Numbered from the whole stretch's first letter, positions 1 to 11,265 are shown. The stretch is DNA of 63,424 nucleotides, filler included, from Octopus bimaculoides (GCF_001194135.2; 8 parts of 8 records of this genome joined end to end with filler, not necessarily neighbours in it), one strand, 5' to 3'. A program made the numbers and translations. The notes: generated by a model from the letters alone, not told the origin.

Positions 1-345
1 CTGACCGAGACCTTTCGAAATGTGCTGTGCGTGAGAAGACCCGGCAAGCCAAGTAAGATCGTTGCCAGTGCCCCTGGACTGGTTCTTGTGCGGGTGGCAC
101 ATGAGATGCACCATTTTGAGCGTGGCCGTTGCCAGTACCGCCTGACTGGCTCCTGTAGGATTTTCGAGCGAGATCGTTGCCAGCGCCCCTGGACTGAGTG
201 GTTGACGTTAGGAAGGGCATCCAGCTGTAGAAACTCTGCCAAATCAGACTGGAGCCTGGTGTTGCCATCCGGTTTCACCAGTCCTCAGTCAAATCGTCCA
301 ACCCATGCTAGCATGGAAAGCGGACGTTAAACGATGAGGATGATA
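1..345 (+). mobile_element. RTE-clade LINE 3' end (ORF C-terminus, 3' UTR, (GAT)n tail)
   Basis: Starts in the ORF end DRDLSKCAVREKTRQAK*, continues through a 3' UTR with GGAAGGGCATCC and ends in ggacgttaaacgatgaggatgat. Near-identical to the inverted copy at 9792-10362. Confidence 0.8.
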
Positions 346-489
346 TATATATATATATCGATATCGAACCAAATTCGATGACTGGCACCCATGCCAACCT
401 TTCTTTCACTGAACACTAAACTCTGCTTGTGAAGACCTGTTGGGGCAAGTAAAATCGAAATCGTAATTGAACCAAATTTGATTACTGGC

Positions 490-936
490 CCCTGTGCCAG
501 TGGAGTGCTAACTGCACCATCTGAGCGTGATCATTGCCAGAGCAGCTGTCTGGTTTCTGTGCCAGTGGCACGTAAATAGCACTATTTGAGTGTGATCGTT
601 ACCAGCATCGCCTTGCTGGCACTTGTGCCGGTGGCACATGAAAAACATGCGAGCGAGGTCATTGCCAGTGCCGCTGGACTGGCTCCTGTGCAGGTGGGAT
701 GTAAAAAAACACCATTTGAGCGTGGCCGTTGCCAGTACTGCCTGATTGGCCCTCATGCCAGTGGCACGTAAAAGCACCCACTACACTCTCGGAATGGTTG
801 GCGTTAGGAAGGGCATCCAGCTGTAAAAACTTAGCCAGATCAGATTTGGGCCTGGTGCAGCCATCTGGTTCACCAGTCCTCAGTGAAATCATCCAACCCA
901 GGCTAGCATGGAAAGCGGACGTTAAACGATGATGAT
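490..936 (+). mobile_element. Older RTE 3' UTR copy with internal degenerate tandem repeats
   Basis: Repeated gccagtggcacgtaaa/ttgagcgtg units, followed by the same GGAAGGGCATCC...CCAACCC...ggacgttaaacgatgatg tail. Confidence 0.75.
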
Positions 937-1619
937 GATATATATATATATATATATATATANNNNNNNNNNNNNNNNNNNNNNNNNNNNNNNNNNNNNN
1001 NNNNNNNNNNNNNNNNNNNNNNNNNNNNNNNNNNNNNNNNNNNNNNNNNNNNNNNNNNNNNNNNNNNNNNNNNNNNNNNNNNNNNNNNNNNNNNNNNNNN
1101 NNNNNNNNNNNNNNNNNNNNNNNNNNNNNNNNNNNNNNNNNNNNNNNNNNNNNNNNNNNNNNNNNNNNNNNNNNNNNNNNNNNNNNNNNNNNNNNNNNNN
1201 NNNNNNNNNNNNNNNNNNNNNNNNNNNNNNNNNNNNNNNNNNNNNNNNNNNNNNNNNNNNNNNNNNNNNNNNNNNNNNNNNNNNNNNNNNNNNNNNNNNN
1301 NNNNNNNNNNNNNNNNNNNNNNNNNNNNNNNNNNNNNNNNNNNNNNNNNNNNNNNNNNNNNNNNNNNNNNNNNNNNNNNNNNNNNNNNNNNNNNNNNNNN
1401 NNNNNNNNNNNNNNNNNNNNNNNNNNNNNNNNNNNNNNNNNNNNNNNNNNNNNNNNNNNNNNNNNNNNNNNNNNNNNNNNNNNNNNNNNNNNNNNNNNNN
1501 NNNNNNNNNNNNNNNNNNNNNNNNNNNNNNNNNNNNNNNNNNNNNNNNNNNNNNNNNNNNNNNNNNNNNNNNNNNNNNNNNNNNNNNNNNNNNNNNNNNN
1601 NNNNNNNNNNNNNNNNNNN

Positions 1620-1652
<33 letters not shown>

Positions 1653-1657
1653 GTATA

Positions 1658-2054
1658 GGCGCAGGAGTGGCTGTGTGGTAAGTAGCTTGCTTACCAGCCA
1701 CATGATTCCGGGTTCTGTCCCACTGTGTGGTACCTTGGGCAAGTGTCTTCTACTATAGCCTCGAGCCAACCAAAGCCTTGTGAGTGGATTTGGTAGATGG
1801 AAACTGAAAGAAGCCTGTTGTATATATGTATATATATATATATATGTATGTGTGTGTATCTGTCTGTGTTTGCCCCCCCAACATTGCTTGACAACCAATG
1901 GTGGTGTGTTTACATCCCCGTAACTTAGCAGTTCGGCAAAAGGGACTGACAGAATAAGTACTAGGCTTACAAGGAATAAGTCCTGGGGTCGATCTGCGAG
2001 ACTAAAGTGGTGCTCCAGCATGGCTGCAGTGAAATGACTGAAACAATAAAAGAG
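1658..2054 (+). mobile_element. tRNA-derived SINE, family A (CpG-decayed copy)
   Basis: tRNA-like head ggcgcaggagtggctgtgtggtaag, central TA/TG microsatellite, tail gactgaaacaataaaaga. Homologous to 19770, 29603 and 43608. Confidence 0.85.
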
Positions 2055-2089
2055 TATATATATACATACACACATATACATATACAGAT

Positions 2090-2120
<31 letters not shown>

Positions 2121-2131
2121 CATACATATAC

Positions 2132-2180
<49 letters not shown>

Positions 2181-2187
<7 letters not shown>

Positions 2188-2810
2188 TTATTTAAAAGAG
2201 TTCCAACTCTGTCTGGTTTTTATTTATGTTTTATTTGTATTCTTGTAAAATTAATGTGGGATATAGAATATGGAATATATAATATACAGTATAAAAATGG
2301 TAAAATGAAATGAAGTATTGAATGTCTTATTGAATATATGAAATATTGAGTATTCAATATAGAGAATTAAATATATAAAGGCTAATACGTATTTTCATAC
2401 CTAGTGGTATTCATCAAGGCCTTCGTCTGACAGACTGTAACAGACTGCTGTTTATTTGTCTTTTATACCTATTCCTTTGGACAGCAGCAGTAGGTGTTTA
2501 TTTTTAGAAATGATGACATTTGAGAGATTTTTTGTGTTTTAGTTATAGGGATAAGATTTTTAAACCCCAAGTAAGATAAATTTAATCATTGTTTGTTAAG
2601 AGTGGGTTTGAATTTCTTAATAAAGTCCTTTTCTTTGCGTTTTCTCTCAATTTCATTGAGGTTGTAAAGTTTATGGAATGGAAATATCATAAAAGTTTCA
2701 CGACCACATGTTGCCAGATGGTTACTCAGTGGTATTTGGCGGACTTCTGGGTTTTTAATCTGTTGTCGATGCACATGTGAGCGTTCCGATAGTGCATTAC
2801 CAAAAACCAC
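2181..2810 (-). mobile_element. Penelope-like element 3' end: GIY-YIG endonuclease C-terminus plus pseudo-LTR with hammerhead
   Basis: Minus ORF 2586-2888 ends RSHVHRQQIKNPEVRQIPLSNHLATCGRETFMIFPFHK...RKRKEKDFIKKFKPTLNKQ*, the typical PLE GIY-YIG C-terminal pattern (E..FI...KP.LN). A hammerhead motif follows in the same orientation. Confidence 0.8.
2377..2424 (-). ncRNA. Minimal type-I hammerhead ribozyme motif (core CUUGAUGA)
   Basis: Minus strand GAAGGC CUUGAUGA AUACC ACUA GGUAU GAAA AUACGUAUU A/GCCUUU: 6-bp stem I, 5-bp stem II, palindromic stem III, UUA cleavage triplet. Confidence 0.75.
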
Positions 2811-2962
2811 TACTCCTCCACTATTAACACCACCTCCCACACGTTTGAAATAATACTGTTTATTCTCAAATGATTTTTTTGAGATCAAAATGATTTTTTA
2901 TAGAAGACACAATCTGTCGGGGTGGTTGAACAATACAAACAACCAACACTAATTCTACTTGT

Positions 2963-3328
2963 GTGCAGGTATGGCTTTGTGGTAAGAAGCTTGCTTCTCA
3001 ACCACATGGTTCTGGGTTCAGTTCCACTGTGTCGTACCATAGGTTTCTGTCATCTACTGTAGTCCTAGGCTAACAAAAGATTTGTGAGTGGATTTGATAA
3101 ACAGAAACTGAAAGAAGCCCATCATGCGAGTGCATGTATATACTTGTCTTCCACCTCTGCTTGACAACCTCTGTGGGTTTGTTTACTGTAACTTTGTGGT
3201 TTAACAAAAAGAGACTGATAAAATAAGTATAGGTTTAAAAGGAAGTACTGGGGTTGATTTGTTTGACTAAATCCTTCAAGGCAGTGCTCAGCATGGTTGC
3301 AGTCCAATGACTGAAACCAATAAAATAA
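2963..3328 (+). mobile_element. SINE family A, diverged copy
   Basis: Same head, body and tail as 1658-2054. Confidence 0.8.
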
Positions 3329-3435
3329 AATTACATTTGCAGATGCAATATTTATACACATCATCAGCATCATATCCTGGAGTCACTGGAAGTTTTGGGT
3401 CTTACAACAAACACCTACTTCTATGGATATATATA

Positions 3436-3483
<48 letters not shown>

Positions 3484-4321
3484 NNNNNNNNNNNNNNNNN
3501 NNNNNNNNNNNNNNNNNNNNNNNNNNNNNNNNNNNNNNNNNNNNNNNNNNNNNNNNNNNNNNNNNNNNNNNNNNNNNNNNNNNNNNNNNNNNNNNNNNNN
3601 NNNNNNNNNNNNNNNNNNNNNNNNNNNNNNNNNNNNNNNNNNNNNNNNNNNNNNNNNNNNNNNNNNNNNNNNNNNNNNNNNNNNNNNNNNNNNNNNNNNN
3701 NNNNNNNNNNNNNNNNNNNNNNNNNNNNNNNNNNNNNNNNNNNNNNNNNNNNNNNNNNNNNNNNNNNNNNNNNNNNNNNNNNNNNNNNNNNNNNNNNNNN
3801 NNNNNNNNNNNNNNNNNNNNNNNNNNNNNNNNNNNNNNNNNNNNNNNNNNNNNNNNNNNNNNNNNNNNNNNNNNNNNNNNNNNNNNNNNNNNNNNNNNNN
3901 NNNNNNNNNNNNNNNNNNNNNNNNNNNNNNNNNNNNNNNNNNNNNNNNNNNNNNNNNNNNNNNNNNNNNNNNNNNNNNNNNNNNNNNNNNNNNNNNNNNN
4001 NNNNNNNNNNNNNNNNNNNNNNNNNNNNNNNNNNNNNNNNNNNNNNNNNNNNNNNNNNNNNNNNNNNNNNNNNNNNNNNNNNNNNNNNNNNNNNNNNNNN
4101 NNNNNNNNNNNNNNNNNNNNNNNNNNNNNNNNNNNNNNNNNNNNNATGAGTGAGGTGGTGTTAATAGTGTTTGCCTTAATAAACATGCATCTATGTTCAT
4201 ACACTTCTCTCTGTCTCCCTCTTCTTCTCCCACACCATCAAACCTTAGTCTGATACCAATAGCATTGTTGCAACTACTCTAGCATACATCTGTTGTACTC
4301 ACACACGCAAATACCAAAAGC

Positions 4322-4360
<39 letters not shown>

Positions 4361-4677
4361 CATGCACATATCAGACAAAAAAAACAAGTGTTCTAGATAA
4401 ACATGCATTCATTCAAACATTCACATATAAATACATGAATTTACGTACACACATTCACCGATCATCCATACACACAGTCACTCATACATGCATCTTAATG
4501 TTTGTGCATATACAACAGGTAATAATACACATGTATTCACAAGCACAGACACAGACACACTCACACAACTAATCACATACACACACACACACACACACAC
4601 GTTATATAGCACAACTGTTGCATGCAACTAATAGCATAAATTCAGCTGATATACATCTAAATATTCAAGCAAGCAGA

Positions 4678-5090
4678 GGCGCAATGGCCCAGTGGTTAGG
4701 GCAGCGGACTCGCGGTTTCAATTCCCAGACCGGGTGTTGTGAGTGTTTATTGAGCGAAAACACCTAAAGCTCTATGAGGCTCCGGCAGGGGGTGGTGGTG
4801 AACCCTGTTGTACTCTTCCACCACAACTTTCTCTCACTTTTTCTTCCTGTTTCTGTTGTACCTGTATTTCACACTTGTCACACTGTGTCACGCTGAATAT
4901 CCACGAGAACTACGTTAAGGGTACACATGTCTGTGGAGTGCTCAGCCACTTGCACGTTAATTTCACGAGCAGGNNNNNNNNNNGAGTGCTCAGCCACTTG
5001 CACGTTAATTTCACGAGCAGGCTGTTCTGTTGATCGGATCGACTGGAACCCTCGACGTCGTAAGTGATGGAGTGCCAACAACAACACAAT
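4678..5090 (+). mobile_element. tRNA-derived SINE, family C
   Basis: ggcgcaatggcccagtggttagggcagcggactcg A-box-like head, ggtttcaattccc B-box-like motif, (CAA)n tail. Confidence 0.7.
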
Positions 5091-5564
5091 ACAATTCAAG
5101 CAAGCAAATGCTAACACAGGCTGGTACACACCCGCACCCACCCTAGCAAACAAACACATATACACTAATAAGCTGATGCCATCAGACACTCACCTCTATG
5201 CACTCATACAGCTGGCACACACACACACACACACTCCTGCCGGTCATGTTCCAGTCAGTGTTCAAAACCCTTCAAAGGCCAACCAGACACTAAGGTGCCA
5301 GTAGCCTCTTGTCTGGCCATGTGGTCCAAGAAATTTTCCTTTCTAATGCATCTGGTGCTGCTGAAATGCTGAACTTACTTCTATCAACATTATGTGACTC
5401 ACCTTGATCAATAGCAGCCCAGTTTCCAGTAGCCATCTTGGAGTTTCTGTACCCTTCCATTTGCCTGAACTAAGCCTGAATGAGCCAAGTTTCTGCAAAG
5501 AGGCTGGCAAAGCTTTTAAGTCGCATGGAGCCAAATCAAACTGTTTTAATAATCACAATAATCC

Positions 5565-5770
5565 TTTCTACTACAGGCACAAGGCCTGAAATTTTGGGGT
5601 GGGGACTAGTTGATTACATTCACCCCAGTGCTCCACCACTACTTAATTTATCGACCCCAAAAGGATGAAAGGCAAAGTCAACCCTGGCGGAATGTGAATT
5701 CAGAGGGCAGCAACAGACAAAATGCTGCTAAATATTTTGCCTGGTGTGTTAACGATTCCGCCAACTCGCT
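5565..5770 (-). mobile_element. SINE family B
   Basis: Reverse complement of gagctggcagaatcgttagcacgccgggcgaaatgcttagc...ttgactttgcctttcatcctttcggggtcgataaattaag (compare 47062). Confidence 0.8.
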
Positions 5771-5844
5771 GCCTTAATAATAATAACAATAATAATAATA
5801 ATAACAATAATAATAATAATAACGATGATGATGATAATGATAAT

Positions 5845-6042
5845 CTTTCTATTATAGGCACAAGGACTGAAATTTTGTTTATTACATTGACCCCCCAGTG
5901 CTCCACTGGTACTTATTTTATTGACCCTAAAAGGATGAAAGGCAAAGTAAACCCTGGAAGCATTTCAACTCAGAATGTAGTGGCAGATGAAATACCGCTA
6001 AGCATTTTACCTGGCATGCTAAGATTCTGCCAGCTCACCACC
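5845..6042 (-). mobile_element. SINE family B
   Basis: Second copy, separated from the first by (AAT)n. Confidence 0.8.
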
Positions 6043-6046
6043 TTAC

Positions 6047-6087
<41 letters not shown>

Positions 6088-6089
6088 TA

Positions 6090-6596
6090 ACTGATTGGAA
6101 GTGTTATCATGTACATCTTGGTATAAAAGATGGGCTACAGCAAGTATTCTGCTGAATACCACAGATTTGTGTCAGTTGTTTGACCTTAACCAGTTGAACA
6201 TGTCCCTTGGTGGCTGACGATATGTGCATCTCTGATCAGGAGCAGAAGTAGTGGGGGAGCATCATAACCATGTGTTGAGGGGAATTCTTTAAGATTTGGA
6301 TAATTCACCTCCGGAAACAAGGATGTTTCGTTCAACATTCTTAAACAACCCTTATTCAAGGACCTTTTGAGTAGGAAGGGCTACTTGAACTGAAGAAAAT
6401 TCTGAGTCCCACCAGCAAGGTCATGCGCTGTTTATTTTGATATGAGATCATGATGTTGCACACATATGGTTGTGATGCATGTGCTTGGTGTACCCTTATC
6501 AGATGGGTAGTCACGATGGGTATACTGGGTTTTGTATATTTTACCCCAGTGTCACTTTGATGGCATGCATTGCTCTTTCACTCAATAATAATAATA
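6090..6596 (+). mobile_element. Probable interspersed retroposon with (AAT)n tail, family unassigned
   Basis: Non-coding, higher-GC block ending in ctcaataataataat between SINEs. No protein similarity recognised. Confidence 0.35.
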
Positions 6597-6655
6597 NNNN
6601 NNNNNNGTGTCACTTTGATGGCATGCATTGCTCTTTCACTCAATAATAATAATAA

Positions 6656-6960
6656 TCCTTTCTACTATAGGCACAATGCCTGAAAATTTGGGGGAGGGGA
6701 TTTCATTGGCCCGGAAAGGATGAAAGGCAAAGTTGACCTCGGTGGAATTTGAACTTAGAACGTAAAGATGGACAAAACGTTGCTAAGCATTTTGCCCTGT
6801 GTGCTAACGATTCTTCCAGCTAGTCACTTTTATAATAATAATAATAATAATAATGATTTCAAATTTTGGCCCAAGGCCAGCAATTTAGACAGTGGGGTTA
6901 AGTCAATTACATTGATCCCAGTGCATGACTCTGGTACTTATTTTATCAACCAAGAAAGGA
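6656..6960 (-). mobile_element. SINE family B fragments
   Basis: aaaggatgaaaggcaaagttgacctcggtggaatttgaact and cccagtgc...ggtacttattttatc motifs. Confidence 0.7.
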
Positions 6961-7195
6961 TGAAATATTGAGTGTTCAATATAAAGGATTAAATATATTT
7001 AATCCTTTATATTGAACACTCAATATTTCATATATTCAATAAGACATTCAATACTCCATTTCATTGTACCATCCATTTTTATATTATATATTATATATTC
7101 CATATTCTATATCCCACATTAATTTTACAAGAATATAAATAAAACATAAAAAACAGAGTTGGAACTCTTTTAAATAAAATAATATATTCCTCTAT
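6961..7195 (+). mobile_element. PLE pseudo-LTR fragment (family of 2181-2376) beginning with a perfect 70-bp palindrome
   Basis: 6993-7195 is the reverse complement of about 2181-2376. 6961-7030 is exactly self-complementary. Confidence 0.75.
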
Positions 7196-8201
7196 ACACG
7201 ATCATNNNNNNNNNNNNNNNNNNNNNNNNNNNNNNNNNNNNNNNNNNNNNNNNNNNNNNNNNNNNNNNNNNNNNNNNNNNNNNNNNNNNNNNNNNNNNNN
7301 NNNNNNNNNNNNNNNNNNNNNNNNNNNNNNNNNNNNNNNNNNNNNNNNNNNNNNNNNNNNNNNNNNNNNNNNNNNNNNNNNNNNNNNNNNNNNNNNNNNN
7401 NNNNNNNNNNNNNNNNNNNNNNNNNNNNNNNNNNNNNNNNNNNNNNNNNNNNNNNNNNNNNNNNNNNNNNNNNNNNNNNNNNNNNNNNNNNNNNNNNNNN
7501 NNNNNNNNNNNNNNNNNNNNNNNNNNNNNNNNNNNNNNNNNNNNNNNNNNNNNNNNNNNNNNNNNNNNNNNNNNNNNNNNNNNNNNNNNNNNNNNNNNNN
7601 NNNNNNNNNNNNNNNNNNNNNNNNNNNNNNNNNNNNNNNNNNNNNNNNNNNNNNNNNNNNNNNNNNNNNNNNNNNNNNNNNNNNNNNNNNNNNNNNNNNN
7701 NNNNNNNNNNNNNNNNNNNNNNNNNNNNNNNNNNNNNNNNNNNNNNNNNNNNNNNNNNNNNNNNNNNNNNNNNNNNNNNNNNNNNNNNNNNNNNNNNNNN
7801 NNNNNNNNNNNNNNNNNNNNNNNNNNNNNNNNNNNNNNNNNNNNNNNNNNNNNNNNNNNNNNNNNNNNNNNNNNNNNNNNNNNNNNNNNNNNNNNNNNNN
7901 NNNNNNNNNNNNNNNNNNNNNNNNNNNNNNNNNNNNNNNNNNNNNNNNNTATATATATAGTTTTAGGGAAAAGAACCAAGGTTCATGAACTCATCGATGA
8001 AAATCCACTATCACATATAGAAAAATTAATAATTAAAAGCACAATAAATAAGTATAATATAATACAAAGTAAATATCATAAGATAAAGATAATAATAATT
8101 TTCAAATAGAAAGGAAACTTAAATTGATTGAAACTATCGAAAATCAATTCTATTCAAAAATATAGCTAAAATACATATATCTACACACACACACACACAC
8201 A

Positions 8202-8580
8202 TTCAGTTTCCATCTATCAAATCCACTTACATGGCTTTGGTCAGCCTCGGTTTATAGCAAAAGACAAATGCCTGAGGTGCTGCACAGTGGGATTGAAGCC
8301 AAGACCACATGGTTGGTAGGCAAACTTCTAAACCCTTTACCATTCATATTACTCTGTCAAATGCAGCACATATTTACCCATTGTTTTGAATTAATCCTGC
8401 GTTATCTCGTAGCTTTGAGATTTCAATGATGTGAGTGTTTGTGTTTTGAATGATGTTGTCAAGTAGGTGTGAAAGGCTAGAATATGGCCAGTTTTAACAT
8501 AAAACAAGGAGAATATTTTGGGTTGGACATGGCCAGTTTAAATGCTAAAGGTTTAAGCATACAGCCATGCCCCTGTACCA
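8202..8580 (-). mobile_element. SINE family A interrupted by a piggyBac-like MITE
   Basis: SINE body 8202-8330 and SINE head 8555-8580 are separated by the MITE at the SINE's cttaacc site. Confidence 0.7.
8333..8552. mobile_element. piggyBac-like MITE
   Basis: Ends ccctttac / ctaaaggt, flanked by taaa and ttaa (degenerate TTAA target). Confidence 0.6.
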
Positions 8581-9098
8581 ATAGAATTAATTACATTTAT
8601 TATTTTTTTTTAATATCTGTTGTCCATCCTGGCATGAGTTGGACTGTGTAACAAAATTTTTGTGTTATTTCCAATTTGCTTCTACTTAGAAATCAAAGGA
8701 AGTAACTATTATTCCCTTCAAACTTTGCTTTTGCAACCTGGACATTAATGTTTTGAAATTTACCAATTTTCCATTACATTTCAGAGATTTAGCACTGAGT
8801 TGCTGAAGTAGGTTTTCCTAGAATTTTCTAAAAGTTACAAGAATTTCTAGAACATTCTAGTAACATAGATGGTAGTATAAATACATGGGTCATAAGCTCA
8901 ACAGTTCAGTTTACTTCTAGCTGTCCAAGTGGAGACAAGTTTTAGGAAAGCAAAGTTTGGAGGAAATATTAGCCATTTGTCATACTTTTTAGGGGTAAGC
9001 AAAAAGGAAACAACAGTCGCTACCCAAGGACAAAAATCCTGTTACACAGTGTTATCTTTCATTTCTTTCTAAGTGTTTTTCATGTTTTTATTTTTCAG

Positions 9099-9322
9099 GT
9101 ACTTTCTTTTTGTGTTGGGGTCCATATATAGGATTCAACTTCTGGTGCCTGGATAATGATAAACCAATTCCTTATCTGGCTGATTTATTGACAACGTTCT
9201 TGGCTTTCACGAACAGTTCTGTTAATCCATACCTTATCATAATGTTCAATCGAGATTTTAAAATTGCATTTCGAAATATTTTCAACAGAGTTAGTTGCTT
9301 CAAGAACAGGCAGCAGGAATAA
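9099..9322 (+). CDS. Terminal exon of a rhodopsin-family (class A) GPCR: TM6, ECL3, TM7, helix 8, C-tail
   Basis: Polypyrimidine tract and cag acceptor at 9097-9098. (G)TFFLCWGPYIGFNFWCLDNDKPIPYLADLLTTFLAFTNSSVNPYLIIMFNRDFKIAFRNIFNRVSCFKNRQQE* contains CWxP, NSxxNP and NRDFK helix-8 motifs. Confidence 0.85.
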
Positions 9323-9527
9323 AGGAAAATGAAGGAAAAACAGTTTGTGTAAACCATTGTAAAAGATAGCAAGAACATGAACCAGACATTGGAACTCATA
9401 GAAATAGCAACCAAATCTGAAATTGCACACACATACCTTTTAGCTTTATCTTAACTTGTTTCAGCCACTGGACTGCAGGCCATGGTGGGGCATGCTTTGA
9501 AGGGTTTTAGTCAAAGAAATTGGCAAA

Positions 9528-9700
9528 GGTATGACTGTATGGTAAGAAGTTTGTTTCTCAACCACATGGTCATGAGTTCAGTCCCAGTGTGTGGCAACTT
9601 GTGCAAGTGTGGCACGTGTGTGTGTGTGTGTGTCTGAAAGAAGTCCATTGTATATGTGTGTGCGTGTGTCTTTGTGTCTGTATTTGTCCCTCACCAATTC
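9528..9700 (+). mobile_element. SINE family A, 5' part
   Basis: ggtatgactgtatggtaagaagtttgtttctcaaccacatgg head. Confidence 0.7.
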
Positions 9701-9791
9701 CTAAACATTAGATGGCTAGGACGGTCTGCATCACCTTTACTTTTGTAGCATGAAAGAAGCTGTCGTATGTATGGGTGTGTATATATATATC

Positions 9792-10362
9792 ATCATCATC
9801 ATCATCATCGTTTAACGTCCGCTTTCCATGCTAGCATGGGTTGGACGATTTGACTGAGGACTGGTGAAACCGGATGGCAACACCAGGCTCCAGTCTAATT
9901 TGGCAGAGTTTCTACAGCTGGATGCCCTTCCTAACGCCAACCACTCAGAGAGTGTAGTGGGTGCTTTNNNNNNNNNNNNNNNNNNNNNNNNNNNNNNNNN
10001 NNNNNNNNNNNNNNNNNNNNNNNNNNNNNNNNNNNNNNNNNNNNNNNNNNNNNNNNNNNNNNNNNNNNNNNNNNNNNNNNNNNNNNNNNNNNNNNNNNNN
10101 NNNNNTCGCTCGAAAATCCTACGGGAGCCAGTCAGGCGGTACTGGCAACGGCCACGCTCAAAATGGTGCATCTCATGTGCCACCCGCACAAGAACCAGTC
10201 CAGGGGCACTGGCAACGATCTTACTTAGCTTGCCGGGTCTTCTCACGCACAGCACATTTCCAAAGGTCTCGGTCAGTAGTCATCGCCTCGGTGAGGCCCA
10301 ATGTACGAAGGTCTTGCCTCACCAACCTCAGCCCAGGTCTTCCTGGGCCTACCTCTTCCACG
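9792..10362 (-). mobile_element. Young 5'-truncated RTE LINE (ORF C-terminus, 3' UTR, (GAT)n tail)
   Basis: Minus strand reads RGRGRPRKTWAEV...(frameshift)...RTLGLTEAMTTDRDLWKCAVREKTRQAK*, then the UTR near-identical to 1-345. CpGs are retained. Confidence 0.85.
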
Positions 10363-10386
10363 ATACATACACACACAACAGCTTCT

Positions 10387-10639
10387 TTCAGTTTCCATCT
10401 ATCAAATCCACTTACATGGCTTTGGTCAGCCTCAGTTTATAGCAAAAGTCAAATGCCTGAGGTGCTGCACAGTGGGATTGAAGCCAAGACCACATGGTTG
10501 GTAGGCAAACTTCTAAACCCTTTACCATTCATATTACTCTGTCAAATGCAGCACATATTTACCCATTGTTTTGAATTAATCCTGCGTTATCTCGTAGCTT
10601 TGAGATTTCAATGATGTGAGTGTTTGTGTTTTGAATGAT
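10387..10639. repeat. Local 253-bp direct duplicate of 8202-8454 (SINE/MITE junction)
   Basis: Only two mismatches seen over 253 bp. Confidence 0.9.
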
Positions 10640-10905
10640 ATCTTTGTGGTGTGTTTACGTCCCCATGACTTAGTAGTTTGGCAAAAGAGACCACTAGAGT
10701 AAATACCAGGCTTAAAAAAGAAAATAAGTACTGGGGCCGATTCATTTGACTAAAAATTCCTCAAGGCAATGCCCAAGCACGGCTGCAGTCTAATGAATGA
10801 AGTAAGTAAAAAAAAAGTCAGGGGGTAGATGTAGTGAATGATGGAGAAGGGGTGGAATGTATTCAATCATTTGCGTTCATTTTTCCATGCAAATATGGGT
10901 TAGAA

Positions 10906-11170
10906 CACTAGTTCTCAACCGGGGTCCACAATAGTATTTTAAGGGCCCCTGGAAAAGTTTTGCTTTAAATCTATGTATTGCAAGAAACAGCTAGGTTTCT
11001 TTCTCTATCATTTTACATAGTTCAACCTACACAAGGGAAAAACAAAAACAGGAATTTAGAAAGAAGTTTCTATGTAACTAGATTTTTAAATACTGAATGG
11101 CTAGGGAGGTCCACCAGAATAAGATAGTAACCAAAGGGGTTCATAGATAAAAAATGGTTGAGAATCTTTG
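10906..11170. mobile_element. hAT (Charlie-like) MITE
   Basis: TIRs cactagttctcaacc / ggttgagaatctttg; 8-bp TSD ggttagaa / ggttaaaa. Confidence 0.75.
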
Positions 11171-11259
11171 GGTTAAAAGAATATATTGAGGTAACATAAG
11201 AATTAGTTGCCAAAAAAATTTTTTGATTTAGAAAGAAAAAGACTTTGAAAACATTATGT

Positions 11260-11265
11260 TTTATT
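11260..11265 (-). promoter_or_regulatory. Candidate polyadenylation signal of MPP10
   Basis: AATAAA on the minus strand, about 29 nt after the MPP10 stop codon. Confidence 0.4.

Noticed and set aside
2510-2545. MMTFERFFVF, resembling a GPCR E/DRY motif upstream of the GPCR exon
   Set aside because: Immediately followed by stops and lies in the antisense of the PLE 3' region.
5403-5540. Minus-strand exon-like segment with a gtgagt donor (FDLAPCDLKALP...LLIK)
   Set aside because: Poor acceptor abutting a SINE, no recognisable family and no partner exons. The DLAPCD resemblance to mariner does not extend.
4936-6655. Short perfect duplications across 10-N gaps (4936-4973/4984-5021; 6548-6596/6607-6655)
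   Set aside because: Unmerged contig overlaps.
7965-8010. Palindrome-rich stretch resembling a hammerhead (cgatgagttcatgaaccttggtt on the minus strand)
   Set aside because: The GAAA box is incomplete and stem I does not pair; at best an unprovable relic.
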